NCBI GenBank assembly: GCA_003707115.1
Contig: PPNB01000003.1
Span: 248,001 to 312,000 of the forward strand
Origin: Tortispora ganteri
Lineage: Eukaryota
Length of the DNA stretch: 64,000 bases
Reading direction: 5' to 3'
Below the pieces are notes generated by a model. It made no database searches. It saw nothing but the letters and a program-made list of their open reading frames with translations, and had not been told where the DNA came from. A program made the position numbers and the translations under genes. How positions within the stretch are numbered: the first letter of the stretch is position 1; every line of letters starts with the position of its first letter. Positions 42,043 to 51,430 of the stretch are shown piece after piece.

Positions 42043-43923
42043 TCAGTTTGATAGTTTAAGCTGATAATTCCATTGCGATGGATTAACCTCAGTAGCATTC
42101 TCTGTTCCAGACCAACAGAACTCACTAAAGCATGACGCACATGCAGATGGAATATCAGCTTTGTCGCGAATTAGTTGATGATGGATAAACGAACACGCCA
42201 AGCAGGTTTGCCATTTCGAATCTGTGCTGTTGGCAATAGTGGCAACATTGTACCCGTTCTGGACCATATTCCAAACCTCTTCATTCGAATATGTCAGTTT
42301 CAAAGTAGAAGTATTAGACATGAACGAATAGGGGCTGTTGGCAATGTAAATAACCAGAGGAGAGTCAGTCTGATTGCATCCAAAGAACACAGGCTTCTCA
42401 ATCAGTCCTTCGTTGACAAACGTATTAGAAGAGTTTGGCGCCACAATTGGTAATATATCTGACGTTAGCTGAGCAGCATATCTCGCTTTTGTAGCAACTA
42501 TAGATGTACCGTTGGGCCATCCATAAGGAGTGTCAGAAGATGAATCAAAAGCCAGAATCACATCTACATCCCTGTACGCTTGCAGCTGTGGTTGAAGAGG
42601 AATATTTTCGTAAGATTCACCTCCATCTGCTAGCATAAATATTTCTGATTCTTTGACATAGCCGGCCTGCGCAGCTTCCCAGTTGTAGAAAGGGTTCTTA
42701 TCAATCAGTGCTGGCAAATCTGTAGAGCTAGCAATACTGTCTAATATTTTTAACAATTCCTCCGCATAGCTTCCAAAATCCGGCGGTATTTCTTGCATCA
42801 AATTGAATGCGGTAATATCTATGATGTTAAACAAGTTGGAAGAAGCACCAACAAAGAAACCAACATTATCATATCCGGATACACAAGAACTGTTGTCAGG
42901 GATAACACCATTCTGAAACTCTGTGCCGAGCAATTCGGTAGGAATGAATCCGTTAACTGCATAGTCAGCGCTACCAAATGCGTACGGTGTTAACTCAATA
43001 ATAGGCATGTCAATACCGAAGCCCTTAGAGGAATTGTCGTAATTGGTGCTCACTAGAATTGGATAAGGAAGAGACGTAGAATTCTGTGCTGCTCCATTCG
43101 CGGTAAGAACCTTCGACCAAGGAACTACTCTACTGTCCGAGATCAGCTGGTTAGACAAAAACTGACCCCATATATCGTTGAAACTGATAGCAAAACCAGC
43201 CTCCTGCTTTGCAGCTATATTAGCCATCATTTTTAGGTAGAACAAGCCCGCATCATAGTCATCTTCTCCGGGTAAGAACATAGGTTTTTCGAAGTTCCAG
43301 ATATCATCAGAATTGAGCATTTCCGGAACAGTCATATTATTAGCTATGTAGGATCCAACGAGCCAGGATCCTCCAGAAATACCACTAATGTAAGAAGCAC
43401 ATTGGAGGATGCCACCGACATGGCCTTTCTGGTCAGTGCCTTCGACGTTAATATCAAAGGCAGTAAGAGCGCCTGCGCCGCTCAGCATGGCACGATATCC
43501 ACCACCAGAGAATGCGATGCCGATCACCGGCGTGTGGTTATCTAGCAATTGGGAGACATTTGAGTCGATATCTGATCTTTCGATGAAAGCTTTAACGTTC
43601 TGTTTGATGAGATCTGAGCGGGATTCGAGGTATTGCGCTTCTGATTCAAAAACTTGTCCCGACAAAGAGATTTCAGGTGTAGCAGTACAAGCGTGCTTTC
43701 TCGGAGCGTAAGAGTTCGATTGAACAATATCGTAGAAATCGCTAAGCTCAGGAGTTAAATCTGAGGAGTTCGCAATATGTGTGAGCATAGTACTGAAGAG
43801 CGTATTGTTGCCGTACAGATCATTTAGCCATTTGAGAATGAGGCTTTGCGTAACCGCTCTTCGGTCGATCGGCAAAGATGCGACTAACAGCGGAAATAAA
43901 AGAAACGAGCTGAAAATCTTCAT
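42043..43923 (-). CDS. Secreted lysophospholipase/phospholipase B, copy A
   Basis: Signal peptide, AFSGGGYRAM, GISGGSW, LADGGESYENIP, PVFFGC, C..C...C..C...C C-terminus. Confidence 0.93.
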   Translation of the reverse strand: MKIFSSFLLFPLLVASLPIDRRAVTQSLILKWLNDLYGNNTLFSTMLTHIANSSDLTPELSDFYDIVQSNSYAPRKHACTATPEISLSGQVFESEAQYLESRSDLIKQNVKAFIERSDIDSNVSQLLDNHTPVIGIAFSGGGYRAMLSGAGALTAFDINVEGTDQKGHVGGILQCASYISGISGGSWLVGSYIANNMTVPEMLNSDDIWNFEKPMFLPGEDDYDAGLFYLKMMANIAAKQEAGFAISFNDIWGQFLSNQLISDSRVVPWSKVLTANGAAQNSTSLPYPILVSTNYDNSSKGFGIDMPIIELTPYAFGSADYAVNGFIPTELLGTEFQNGVIPDNSSCVSGYDNVGFFVGASSNLFNIIDITAFNLMQEIPPDFGSYAEELLKILDSIASSTDLPALIDKNPFYNWEAAQAGYVKESEIFMLADGGESYENIPLQPQLQAYRDVDVILAFDSSSDTPYGWPNGTSIVATKARYAAQLTSDILPIVAPNSSNTFVNEGLIEKPVFFGCNQTDSPLVIYIANSPYSFMSNTSTLKLTYSNEEVWNMVQNGYNVATIANSTDSKWQTCLACSFIHHQLIRDKADIPSACASCFSEFCWSGTENATEVNPSQWNYQLKLSN

Positions 43924-44856
43924 AATCCTGTCGGCGAGAAATACTGCGTTAAGTCAGCGGGGGACCTTTGTGCAATATATAGGTTTTAGACGTGGATTTT
44001 CCTTCCCCACTCGACCGCATTTACTGAAAAGAATTTAGTCACGTTTCGTTTCATAGAAGATAAAGTATTACATTTAGCCAGATCCCACCTATCACAAAGC
44101 GATTTCTCAACCGGAAGAACTATAAAAGCTTAATGTCAAAGATGCTACTTTTAGATCAAGTGAGGTTACCCAAAACAAATATTCTTGCCGATATAATATC
44201 GCCAAAATAATGACAAATAATTGGATAGCAAGAAATCAGCGGCAACATCACATTCAATTGCTGCATTATTGTTAATAAATTAGCCAGAATTAGCCGGTAT
44301 CCCCATTAAAATACACGGCTGTTACACACATCAACACACGCATGAAGTACGCACACTTCAAGTGCCTAGCGGCCAAGCCAATCAAAAAACACATTTTAGC
44401 CTTTAAACGTGGCCGTCAAAAAAGGTAGTTCCGCGACAAACAGCAGTCAACCACGATTAGCTGGCCGTGACGTTTACTACACCTCGTCATATTAAATCCT
44501 CAAAAATAGTGCAGTTATCGAAATTAAAGTTCAAGTCCATAGCACCGCGAACATACAAGTACTGAACCACGTGCACCTACAGCTACTCTCGTTGCACTAC
44601 GCTTTACATCTGCAATGCCAGAAATCCAGTGACTATTTAGTTTACTATACACACTAGTATTCAGGCACAATTTGCTAGGTATAGCAATTGCATCAGCATT
44701 AGCACAGCTGTCCGTAAAGGCTCAAGGCTATCTGACTGCCATACTAGATCAATTTAGCTGATATTAAGTTTACTTGATGTCACGTGATAGCAGACAAACA
44801 GCCCTGCGCGAAGTTCGAATAGTAATCACTATAAACATAACATATACTAACGCAAA

Positions 44857-46914
44857 CTAAAACCCGCCGTAGCAGTAATCGGAGAAACATTGCTTGCAGG
44901 TGTCTGAAAGGTCCAGGTTGTTGCGCTGAGAAGTGCGCAAAATTGTGGCGCAACGTACGCAAGTTGTCCATTTGACGTCACTCTTAGCCAAAGTGTTGTT
45001 TCCTTGCGTGACAAGATCGTAATTGTTGTGCATCATACTTCCTAGTTCATCTTTGCTCAACGATAGCTTGAATGTGCCGTAATTTGACTTGTCAGTATAG
45101 TATGCATTTGGAAGGTAAACAATAAGCGGGGTATCGGGGCTCTTACAACCGTAGAACGAAGGATGTTGGAGTAATCCTTTAGCTTTCATTTCCGACGCGC
45201 TAGGAATCTCTGGCATGCTAACTTGGTTGTTCTCTTTAGACGCCTGGTACGTGTTGAAAAGGGAAATGCCACTTGGATAATGATCGCTTGTATCGTCAGA
45301 ATTATCAAATCCAAAAATGACATCAACCTTTCTTTCCTTGCTCAGCAGAGGATAGAAAGGGACGTTTTGACCACTAAGTCCTCCGTCAGCAAGAAGAAGT
45401 TCATTATTTTGGTAATAATAAGTATATGAAGGGATTGCCGAAAAACTATTTGGCTTAACCTTCGTTAAATCCATGCCAGAAACTGCAAATCGCAAAGCTT
45501 TCACTATAGTGTTCAGTATTTTCTTGATAATCTGAGGCGTTTTCTTCTCAATCAGCCACTGCAGTGTGTCTCCTCCAGCAGAAAATATACTTGATGAAGT
45601 GCCTACAATAAACCCAAGGTTATCATAATTCTCAATGCACTTGCTATTTCCATTGAACCCACTGCCTAAGTATTTTGTGTCAATATATCCGTTAACATGA
45701 GGATGAGAACTTCCAGCTCCAAACGGTGAGAAACTTACAATTGGAATGTCTTTTGTCTTATCTTTGAGGTAATTTTTTCTCAAAATTGTTGAAATAAAAG
45801 GCACAGGCGCTTCATAATTCGAGAAAGCACTGTATTGTTGCAGATCAGATAAAGTCAAATCAACGGCACCTGCTTCAGGGTAAAGCAGCATATAGGCTAA
45901 AAGTCTACCCCAGAAATCAGAAATTGTCACCGGATATGATTTCTTTTTAGATCTCATTGACGCGTATACCTTGTACAAGAACTTCGTGCTTTTAATCAAA
46001 GAACCCCCTTGGGTAAGCAGGGAGCGCTGTACCTCCCATTTCTTGTTGGCAATGATCTTCAATGGACTTACGAATCCATGTACATACACTGATGCCAACA
46101 TCCATGAGCCTCCGGAAAGTGCGGCGGTGTAAACGCTGCTTTGCAGAAGTCCACCGACTTGGTCAGGTCCTGATGTTCCCGGGTTTCGCGAATCCATAGC
46201 CACAATAGAGCCAGCACTGCATCCCATAGCACGGTATCCTCCCCCAGAGAATGCCAGTGCGATTCTAGGCATTGGTGCGTTAAGGTATGCGTCAATATCA
46301 ATATTCAAATCATCGGATTGTTCTAAGAAAGTTCTGAAATGTGATTTGGCGTTCTCTAAACGTTTGGCTACATATTCCGTTTCAGTCTCTGGTACGTCGC
46401 TTCCCTCGTCAAACTTGGTGTTTTGCTGGCAGCTAGTGGACTTAGGCTTATATCCAGCTCCAATTCCTCGTTTTTTTAATGAGATATCGCCAAAATCATC
46501 ATCATCGACACGTGATTCCGCATAGTCAGTGTTGTCTTCTCCAAATTCTTCCTGGTCTTCATCTACACCTTTTAGGGTGTACATGAAATTAATGATGTCA
46601 ATAATGTCTTCTTGAGTGTAGTCGTCCTCTGAAGAAGTCAGCAGCGTGGTGTTCCTAGCACTCGATTTCAAATAAGCTTCTCTGGCTTCATCCGCATCGC
46701 CATGCTCAAGAATGTCTGTTACGTTGATGCCGAGTTCTTCTAACACGGAGGCGAGAATGACTTCAAAAGCAATATCATCATAATCTTCAATGTGGAGACC
46801 TGGTTGGTAGTTTTGCAGTGTCAACTCTTGATCGATTTGATTGTCGGACTGTTCGTCCCCAGATACAAGCTTTGCGGCCAAAAACGCTATAGCCGTAATA
46901 CTCTTCAAGTACAT
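44857..46914 (-). CDS. Secreted lysophospholipase/phospholipase B, copy B
   Basis: Signal peptide, acidic pro-region ending in KKR, AFSGGGYRAM, ALSGGSW, LADGGLSGQN. Confidence 0.92.
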   Translation of the reverse strand: MYLKSITAIAFLAAKLVSGDEQSDNQIDQELTLQNYQPGLHIEDYDDIAFEVILASVLEELGINVTDILEHGDADEAREAYLKSSARNTTLLTSSEDDYTQEDIIDIINFMYTLKGVDEDQEEFGEDNTDYAESRVDDDDFGDISLKKRGIGAGYKPKSTSCQQNTKFDEGSDVPETETEYVAKRLENAKSHFRTFLEQSDDLNIDIDAYLNAPMPRIALAFSGGGYRAMGCSAGSIVAMDSRNPGTSGPDQVGGLLQSSVYTAALSGGSWMLASVYVHGFVSPLKIIANKKWEVQRSLLTQGGSLIKSTKFLYKVYASMRSKKKSYPVTISDFWGRLLAYMLLYPEAGAVDLTLSDLQQYSAFSNYEAPVPFISTILRKNYLKDKTKDIPIVSFSPFGAGSSHPHVNGYIDTKYLGSGFNGNSKCIENYDNLGFIVGTSSSIFSAGGDTLQWLIEKKTPQIIKKILNTIVKALRFAVSGMDLTKVKPNSFSAIPSYTYYYQNNELLLADGGLSGQNVPFYPLLSKERKVDVIFGFDNSDDTSDHYPSGISLFNTYQASKENNQVSMPEIPSASEMKAKGLLQHPSFYGCKSPDTPLIVYLPNAYYTDKSNYGTFKLSLSKDELGSMMHNNYDLVTQGNNTLAKSDVKWTTCVRCATILRTSQRNNLDLSDTCKQCFSDYCYGGF

Positions 46915-48349
46915 TTTGATCTTGGTACTTTTTGAAGGATTGCCTTAAATTTATATAACTTTTACTACAAATCTGGTTAACCTTGTCGGCCCGAATCAGC
47001 TTATTTACTATTTTTTCGCTTTGAAACGCAATGATTCTCTGTTATAAGGTTTAAGCTAGTATTTAATATTAATCGCTGCTAAATTTGAGCCGAAGATATC
47101 TGCTACATGTCACTTATATAAGATATCTCAGCCTTGTCTACTGATCGTTATAATGTTGAAGAAGTAAGGAGTATGTTATAAGGATATATGTTGGTAACAA
47201 GAAAGTCTTCTCTTAGGAAGCCGATTTCTACAATATGCAGAGCAGTGTGACATTGTTTTACTAGTATGGAAACCTTCTACAGTTTGAAGGCTTATCCGGT
47301 AATGGTGTTTATTTTTCTGGGATGCGGAACGAGCTAGACGAGGTTTTAATCTACTTTTACTACCGAAACTTAAGACACTACGGAGCATTCTACCGTACGT
47401 GACATTAATGGCGCACTTAATCTTAATCTAATTTTGCAGTCAAATGCATGTAGCAGATTAGTATGAACTTTGTGAGATCTATGCGAATTCTGGTTTCAGT
47501 ATTAAAACAAGAGAAAATTATCTTGTAAATAATTTTCTTTTATTTTATTTTTAGCTGCTGATTTGCTGCGTTCCTAAATTGATAGTAATTCAGAAAGAGT
47601 ATTAAAATAAGGTTTAATAAAGAATGTTTAACTTTAGGCTTGTTCTTAATCAGAGACATTCATATATATGACCCTTTTTTTTTTCTCATTTGAGTTCTAT
47701 AAATCCGTAAAATTTCAGAATACTAAATTAGAAATATTCAAACTATATCAAGGTAACAGAGGTGGGTTAAGATGGTTATAATTCAATTCAGAAATACAAC
47801 AGATTTACACTTATAAATATCGATCTGTATAAAACGCTCAAGCAAAAGATTTCGCGCCTATGAAGTCTAACGTTCGGAAAAATATGTATCTACTAATTAC
47901 TTCTAAAGCCACAACCTTACAATAATAGTGGTTTGAATATACTAAAATCAGGTGGATTAGTTGCAATATGATATATTGCTATTAATAGATTGATAAAGTA
48001 ATAAGCTAATCTAGACAGCAATCGTATTTTGTATGTAACTCACTAGAAGAACCTTATTTGGCATTAAATGTATCTACTCAATATTCTGACACTGAATACA
48101 CAACAATTACCATTGCAGCGTATGCTGCAACAAAAAATTAACAAATTTGAATACTTATTCAAAAGAGTTACAATAGCATTTATATGTATGATTGCAAGGC
48201 TGTTTGTATAGGTTCAACGATACCTGACGGCCACATTAAATTGGTTCAATTGGAAATTAAGCATTATCTATATAACGAAATCACAGACAAACAGCCCTAC
48301 AACAATTTTGAGAGGTAATCAATATAACTTAAACATATACTAAAGCAAA

Positions 48350-50344
48350 CTAAAACCCGCCAAAGCAGTATTCTGAAAAGCACTGCTTGCAAGTGCTAGA
48401 TAGCTGGAGGTCGTGGTGTTGCGAGGTACGCAGAATAGTAGCGCACCGTGCACAGTCTGTCCAAGTAGAACCAGATTTTGCCATTGTATTGTTGCCTTGC
48501 GTGAGAATATTGTATGCGTTGTTCATCATACCTCCAAGCTCATCTCTCGTATACTGGAGCTTCAACGTACTGTAGTTAGCCTCGTCAGTGAAATATGTGT
48601 TCGGAAGATAAACAATCAACGGGGTGTCAGGCTGGTTGCAACCGAAGAAGATAGGGTGCTTGAGCATTGTAGCGTTCATTTCTGCGGCAGCAGGCACATT
48701 AGGCATGGAAGCTTGATCATCGTATCTTGAGGCATTGTATGCTATTTCCAGCGTGGTCCCGTCCGGATAGTTCTCGCTGGTGTCGCCGGTATTGTCGAAA
48801 GCAAAGATCACGTCAACTTCTCTTTTCTTGTTTAGTAGCGGGTACAGTGGAAGATTTTGGCCTGAAATTCCGCCGTCAGCAAGAAGAAGAGATTTGCTGT
48901 GAAAATTGCGGCTATATTCCTTCAGTCCCTCGAAAGTATTGTCCTTGATCTGAGAGAAATCAACTGCACCTATGTATACTCGCAGTGCCTCGAAAGCGGC
49001 AAGAACCACCTTTCTGACAAAATACCAGTCAATTTGCTCAATAAGCGACACAAAATAGTCTGGAATAGCAGGGAATACGTTAGCAGATGTGCCTATAAGG
49101 AATCCAAGATTGTCATATCCTTCAACACACTGCTTGTTATCCTGGCTTGTATCGCTTCCCAAATACTTGGTGTCAACGTATCCGTTAACAAGTCTGTGGG
49201 TTGTTCCTGTTCCGAATGGCGAAAAGCTGAATATTGGAGAATCCAGCTTAAACATTACATTGATATCTTCCCTCATAGTGGATGTAAGGAACGGAACCGG
49301 CGCCTCAAACGCTGTAAAGGCGCTGCTCTGTAACAACTTGTTAAATGTTGCGTCAACAGAACTTGAATCAGACTCAAGCAGTTGATGTGCCAAAAAGCGG
49401 CCCCAAATATCCACAACTGTCACTGGAGCTACTTCCTTTTTGGACTTTAGAGCCTGGTATATTCCGTAAAAGAACTTCAAGTTCGCGATCAAGCCGCTCT
49501 TAGGTGCCAGCAAAAAGTTTTGCAACTGCCATCCGTTGTTGTTAATGATTTCCAATGGACTGACATATCCATGTGCAAAACTTGAAGCTACTAGCCATGA
49601 CCCTCCGGAAGCTCCTGCAATGTATGCGCTACTCTGTAGCAGACCACCAAGCTGATTCGGGCCTGTAACACCCGGTGTGCGTGCGTCCATTGCTACCATT
49701 GAACCAGCACCGCATGCCATTGCGCGGAATCCTCCTCCGGAGAATGCTAGTGCGATGCGAGGCATCTCTGCGTTGATATAGGCGTCAACGTCAATGTCCA
49801 AGTTGCTTGATTCTTGAAGGAACGCTTTGAAATGCTGTTTCGCGTTGTCCAATCGTTTCTGGACGTATTCCTTTTCAGCTTCAGGTATATCATCTCCGTT
49901 ATGAACGATCTTGTCATTGCTTGCGCATGTCACTTTTTGAGGCTGGTAGCCGCCGCTTACATCTCTTCGTTCCTGCTCGCCATCAGTCTTGTTTTCATTG
50001 TTGCCAGTTTCTTTCAACTCGTATATGAAATCAATAATTGAGTTTACGTCTTCGTCGGTCAAATCGTTTTTATTGTTGCTCAAACTCAATGTGCCATTTG
50101 TCTTCGCAATTGCAAAGAACCTCTTAGCACTTTGAGCACTTGGATGGTACAACAGAGCCGTGGAATTAATACCTGACTCATCGAGTGCGTTTGCAAGCAG
50201 TACTTCAAATGAAACATCATCATAAACGCTGATATTGATGCCCTGGTAGTAGTCATTGAGTGTTAACTTGTTCTTAGTCTCTTCTGATCCTAAGACTAGA
50301 TTAGCTAATGCAGTTCCAACTACTGCAATTCTTGTCAATTTCAT
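48350..50344 (-). CDS. Secreted lysophospholipase/phospholipase B, copy C
   Basis: Signal peptide, pro-region ending in ERR, AFSGGGFRAM, GASGGSW, LADGGISGQN. Closest paralogue of copy B. Confidence 0.92.
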   Translation of the reverse strand: MKLTRIAVVGTALANLVLGSEETKNKLTLNDYYQGINISVYDDVSFEVLLANALDESGINSTALLYHPSAQSAKRFFAIAKTNGTLSLSNNKNDLTDEDVNSIIDFIYELKETGNNENKTDGEQERRDVSGGYQPQKVTCASNDKIVHNGDDIPEAEKEYVQKRLDNAKQHFKAFLQESSNLDIDVDAYINAEMPRIALAFSGGGFRAMACGAGSMVAMDARTPGVTGPNQLGGLLQSSAYIAGASGGSWLVASSFAHGYVSPLEIINNNGWQLQNFLLAPKSGLIANLKFFYGIYQALKSKKEVAPVTVVDIWGRFLAHQLLESDSSSVDATFNKLLQSSAFTAFEAPVPFLTSTMREDINVMFKLDSPIFSFSPFGTGTTHRLVNGYVDTKYLGSDTSQDNKQCVEGYDNLGFLIGTSANVFPAIPDYFVSLIEQIDWYFVRKVVLAAFEALRVYIGAVDFSQIKDNTFEGLKEYSRNFHSKSLLLADGGISGQNLPLYPLLNKKREVDVIFAFDNTGDTSENYPDGTTLEIAYNASRYDDQASMPNVPAAAEMNATMLKHPIFFGCNQPDTPLIVYLPNTYFTDEANYSTLKLQYTRDELGGMMNNAYNILTQGNNTMAKSGSTWTDCARCATILRTSQHHDLQLSSTCKQCFSEYCFGGF

Positions 50345-51430
50345 TGCTGGATACTTTCTACGTTTTACGAAATTATAGTCTATATATATATGTTTGGCGC
50401 GGAAATAACTTTACAAGGTTGTAATGGTATTTCAGTCTAGTTCCCCACATTTATCTATGTAACCGCACGCCATTCTAAAGCTTGATACCAGTTTGGAGCC
50501 GTACCAGCATCAAATTAGACTAATTTAGTCTCAATTTTCTAAAATACTAACATTACTTACTAAACCTTATTTGTTTTGTGATCAATTCATTCCTTTACAA
50601 GAAATAGCAGCCTTGCCTTAATTTATTGTCCAGCTTTTTTTGAACAGTTGTGTGCGACAACTGATCGCAGTATCATACTCCAAAATTCTATCGAAACAAC
50701 GAGCTTCTATGATGTAATCGTACCTAACTGAAAATACATTTTGATTACTGATTAGCTTTATTACGGCTACTGGCACTAAAATCACAACTTGTCTCCTATT
50801 TTTTAAAGCCATACAGAATTTTACAATAGTTTAGAAACCTTATTAAAGTGTGTGCCTTGAACCTTATTAATGATAACGTTTAATGTCAAGCAACACAAAA
50901 CATAATACTGCTTGAGTTTCTGTCAGCTACTAAAGTGTTTGGGCAGGCTAAGATGAAGCTAGATAGTACCTTAAGCAATAGATAAATAATTTGCAAACTA
51001 CTGAAACTGGTTCTTTGCACATATTGCTCGTACAAAGGGGCTCCTGAGAAACAATCAAAGCGTAATACTTGCTTCTAAAACCTTAATTCAATGACACATG
51101 CTGGTCACACTGGTATTTGACCCCCTTATACATTACAATAATCCCTCATACCATGCCCCACTGCGTTATTTACTTACTGAAGTAGTTTTAAATGACCTAA
51201 AGTAGTAAAATCACTATATTATACGCCAATAACTTTGTATTCAAAGTAGCAGTGAATGTCTAGATTATGGGTTTTCCGCCTTGTGCCTTTAAACTTTATC
51301 ATTAACAAGGTTTACCATCCATATTTACGACAGGTACACACGTGTCAAAACGGCTTGGCTAAACTTGAATACTGTTCATTTAATGTGATATTAGTACCTT
51401 TTCGTGAGCTCTTAAGATTAAGCTCAATTT

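Noticed and set aside
44779..44788. GTCACGTGAT, a CDEI-like box (also at 56053-56060)
   Set aside because: There is no adjacent highly AT-rich CDEII plus CDEIII, so it is not a point centromere. At most it is a Cbf1/bHLH site.
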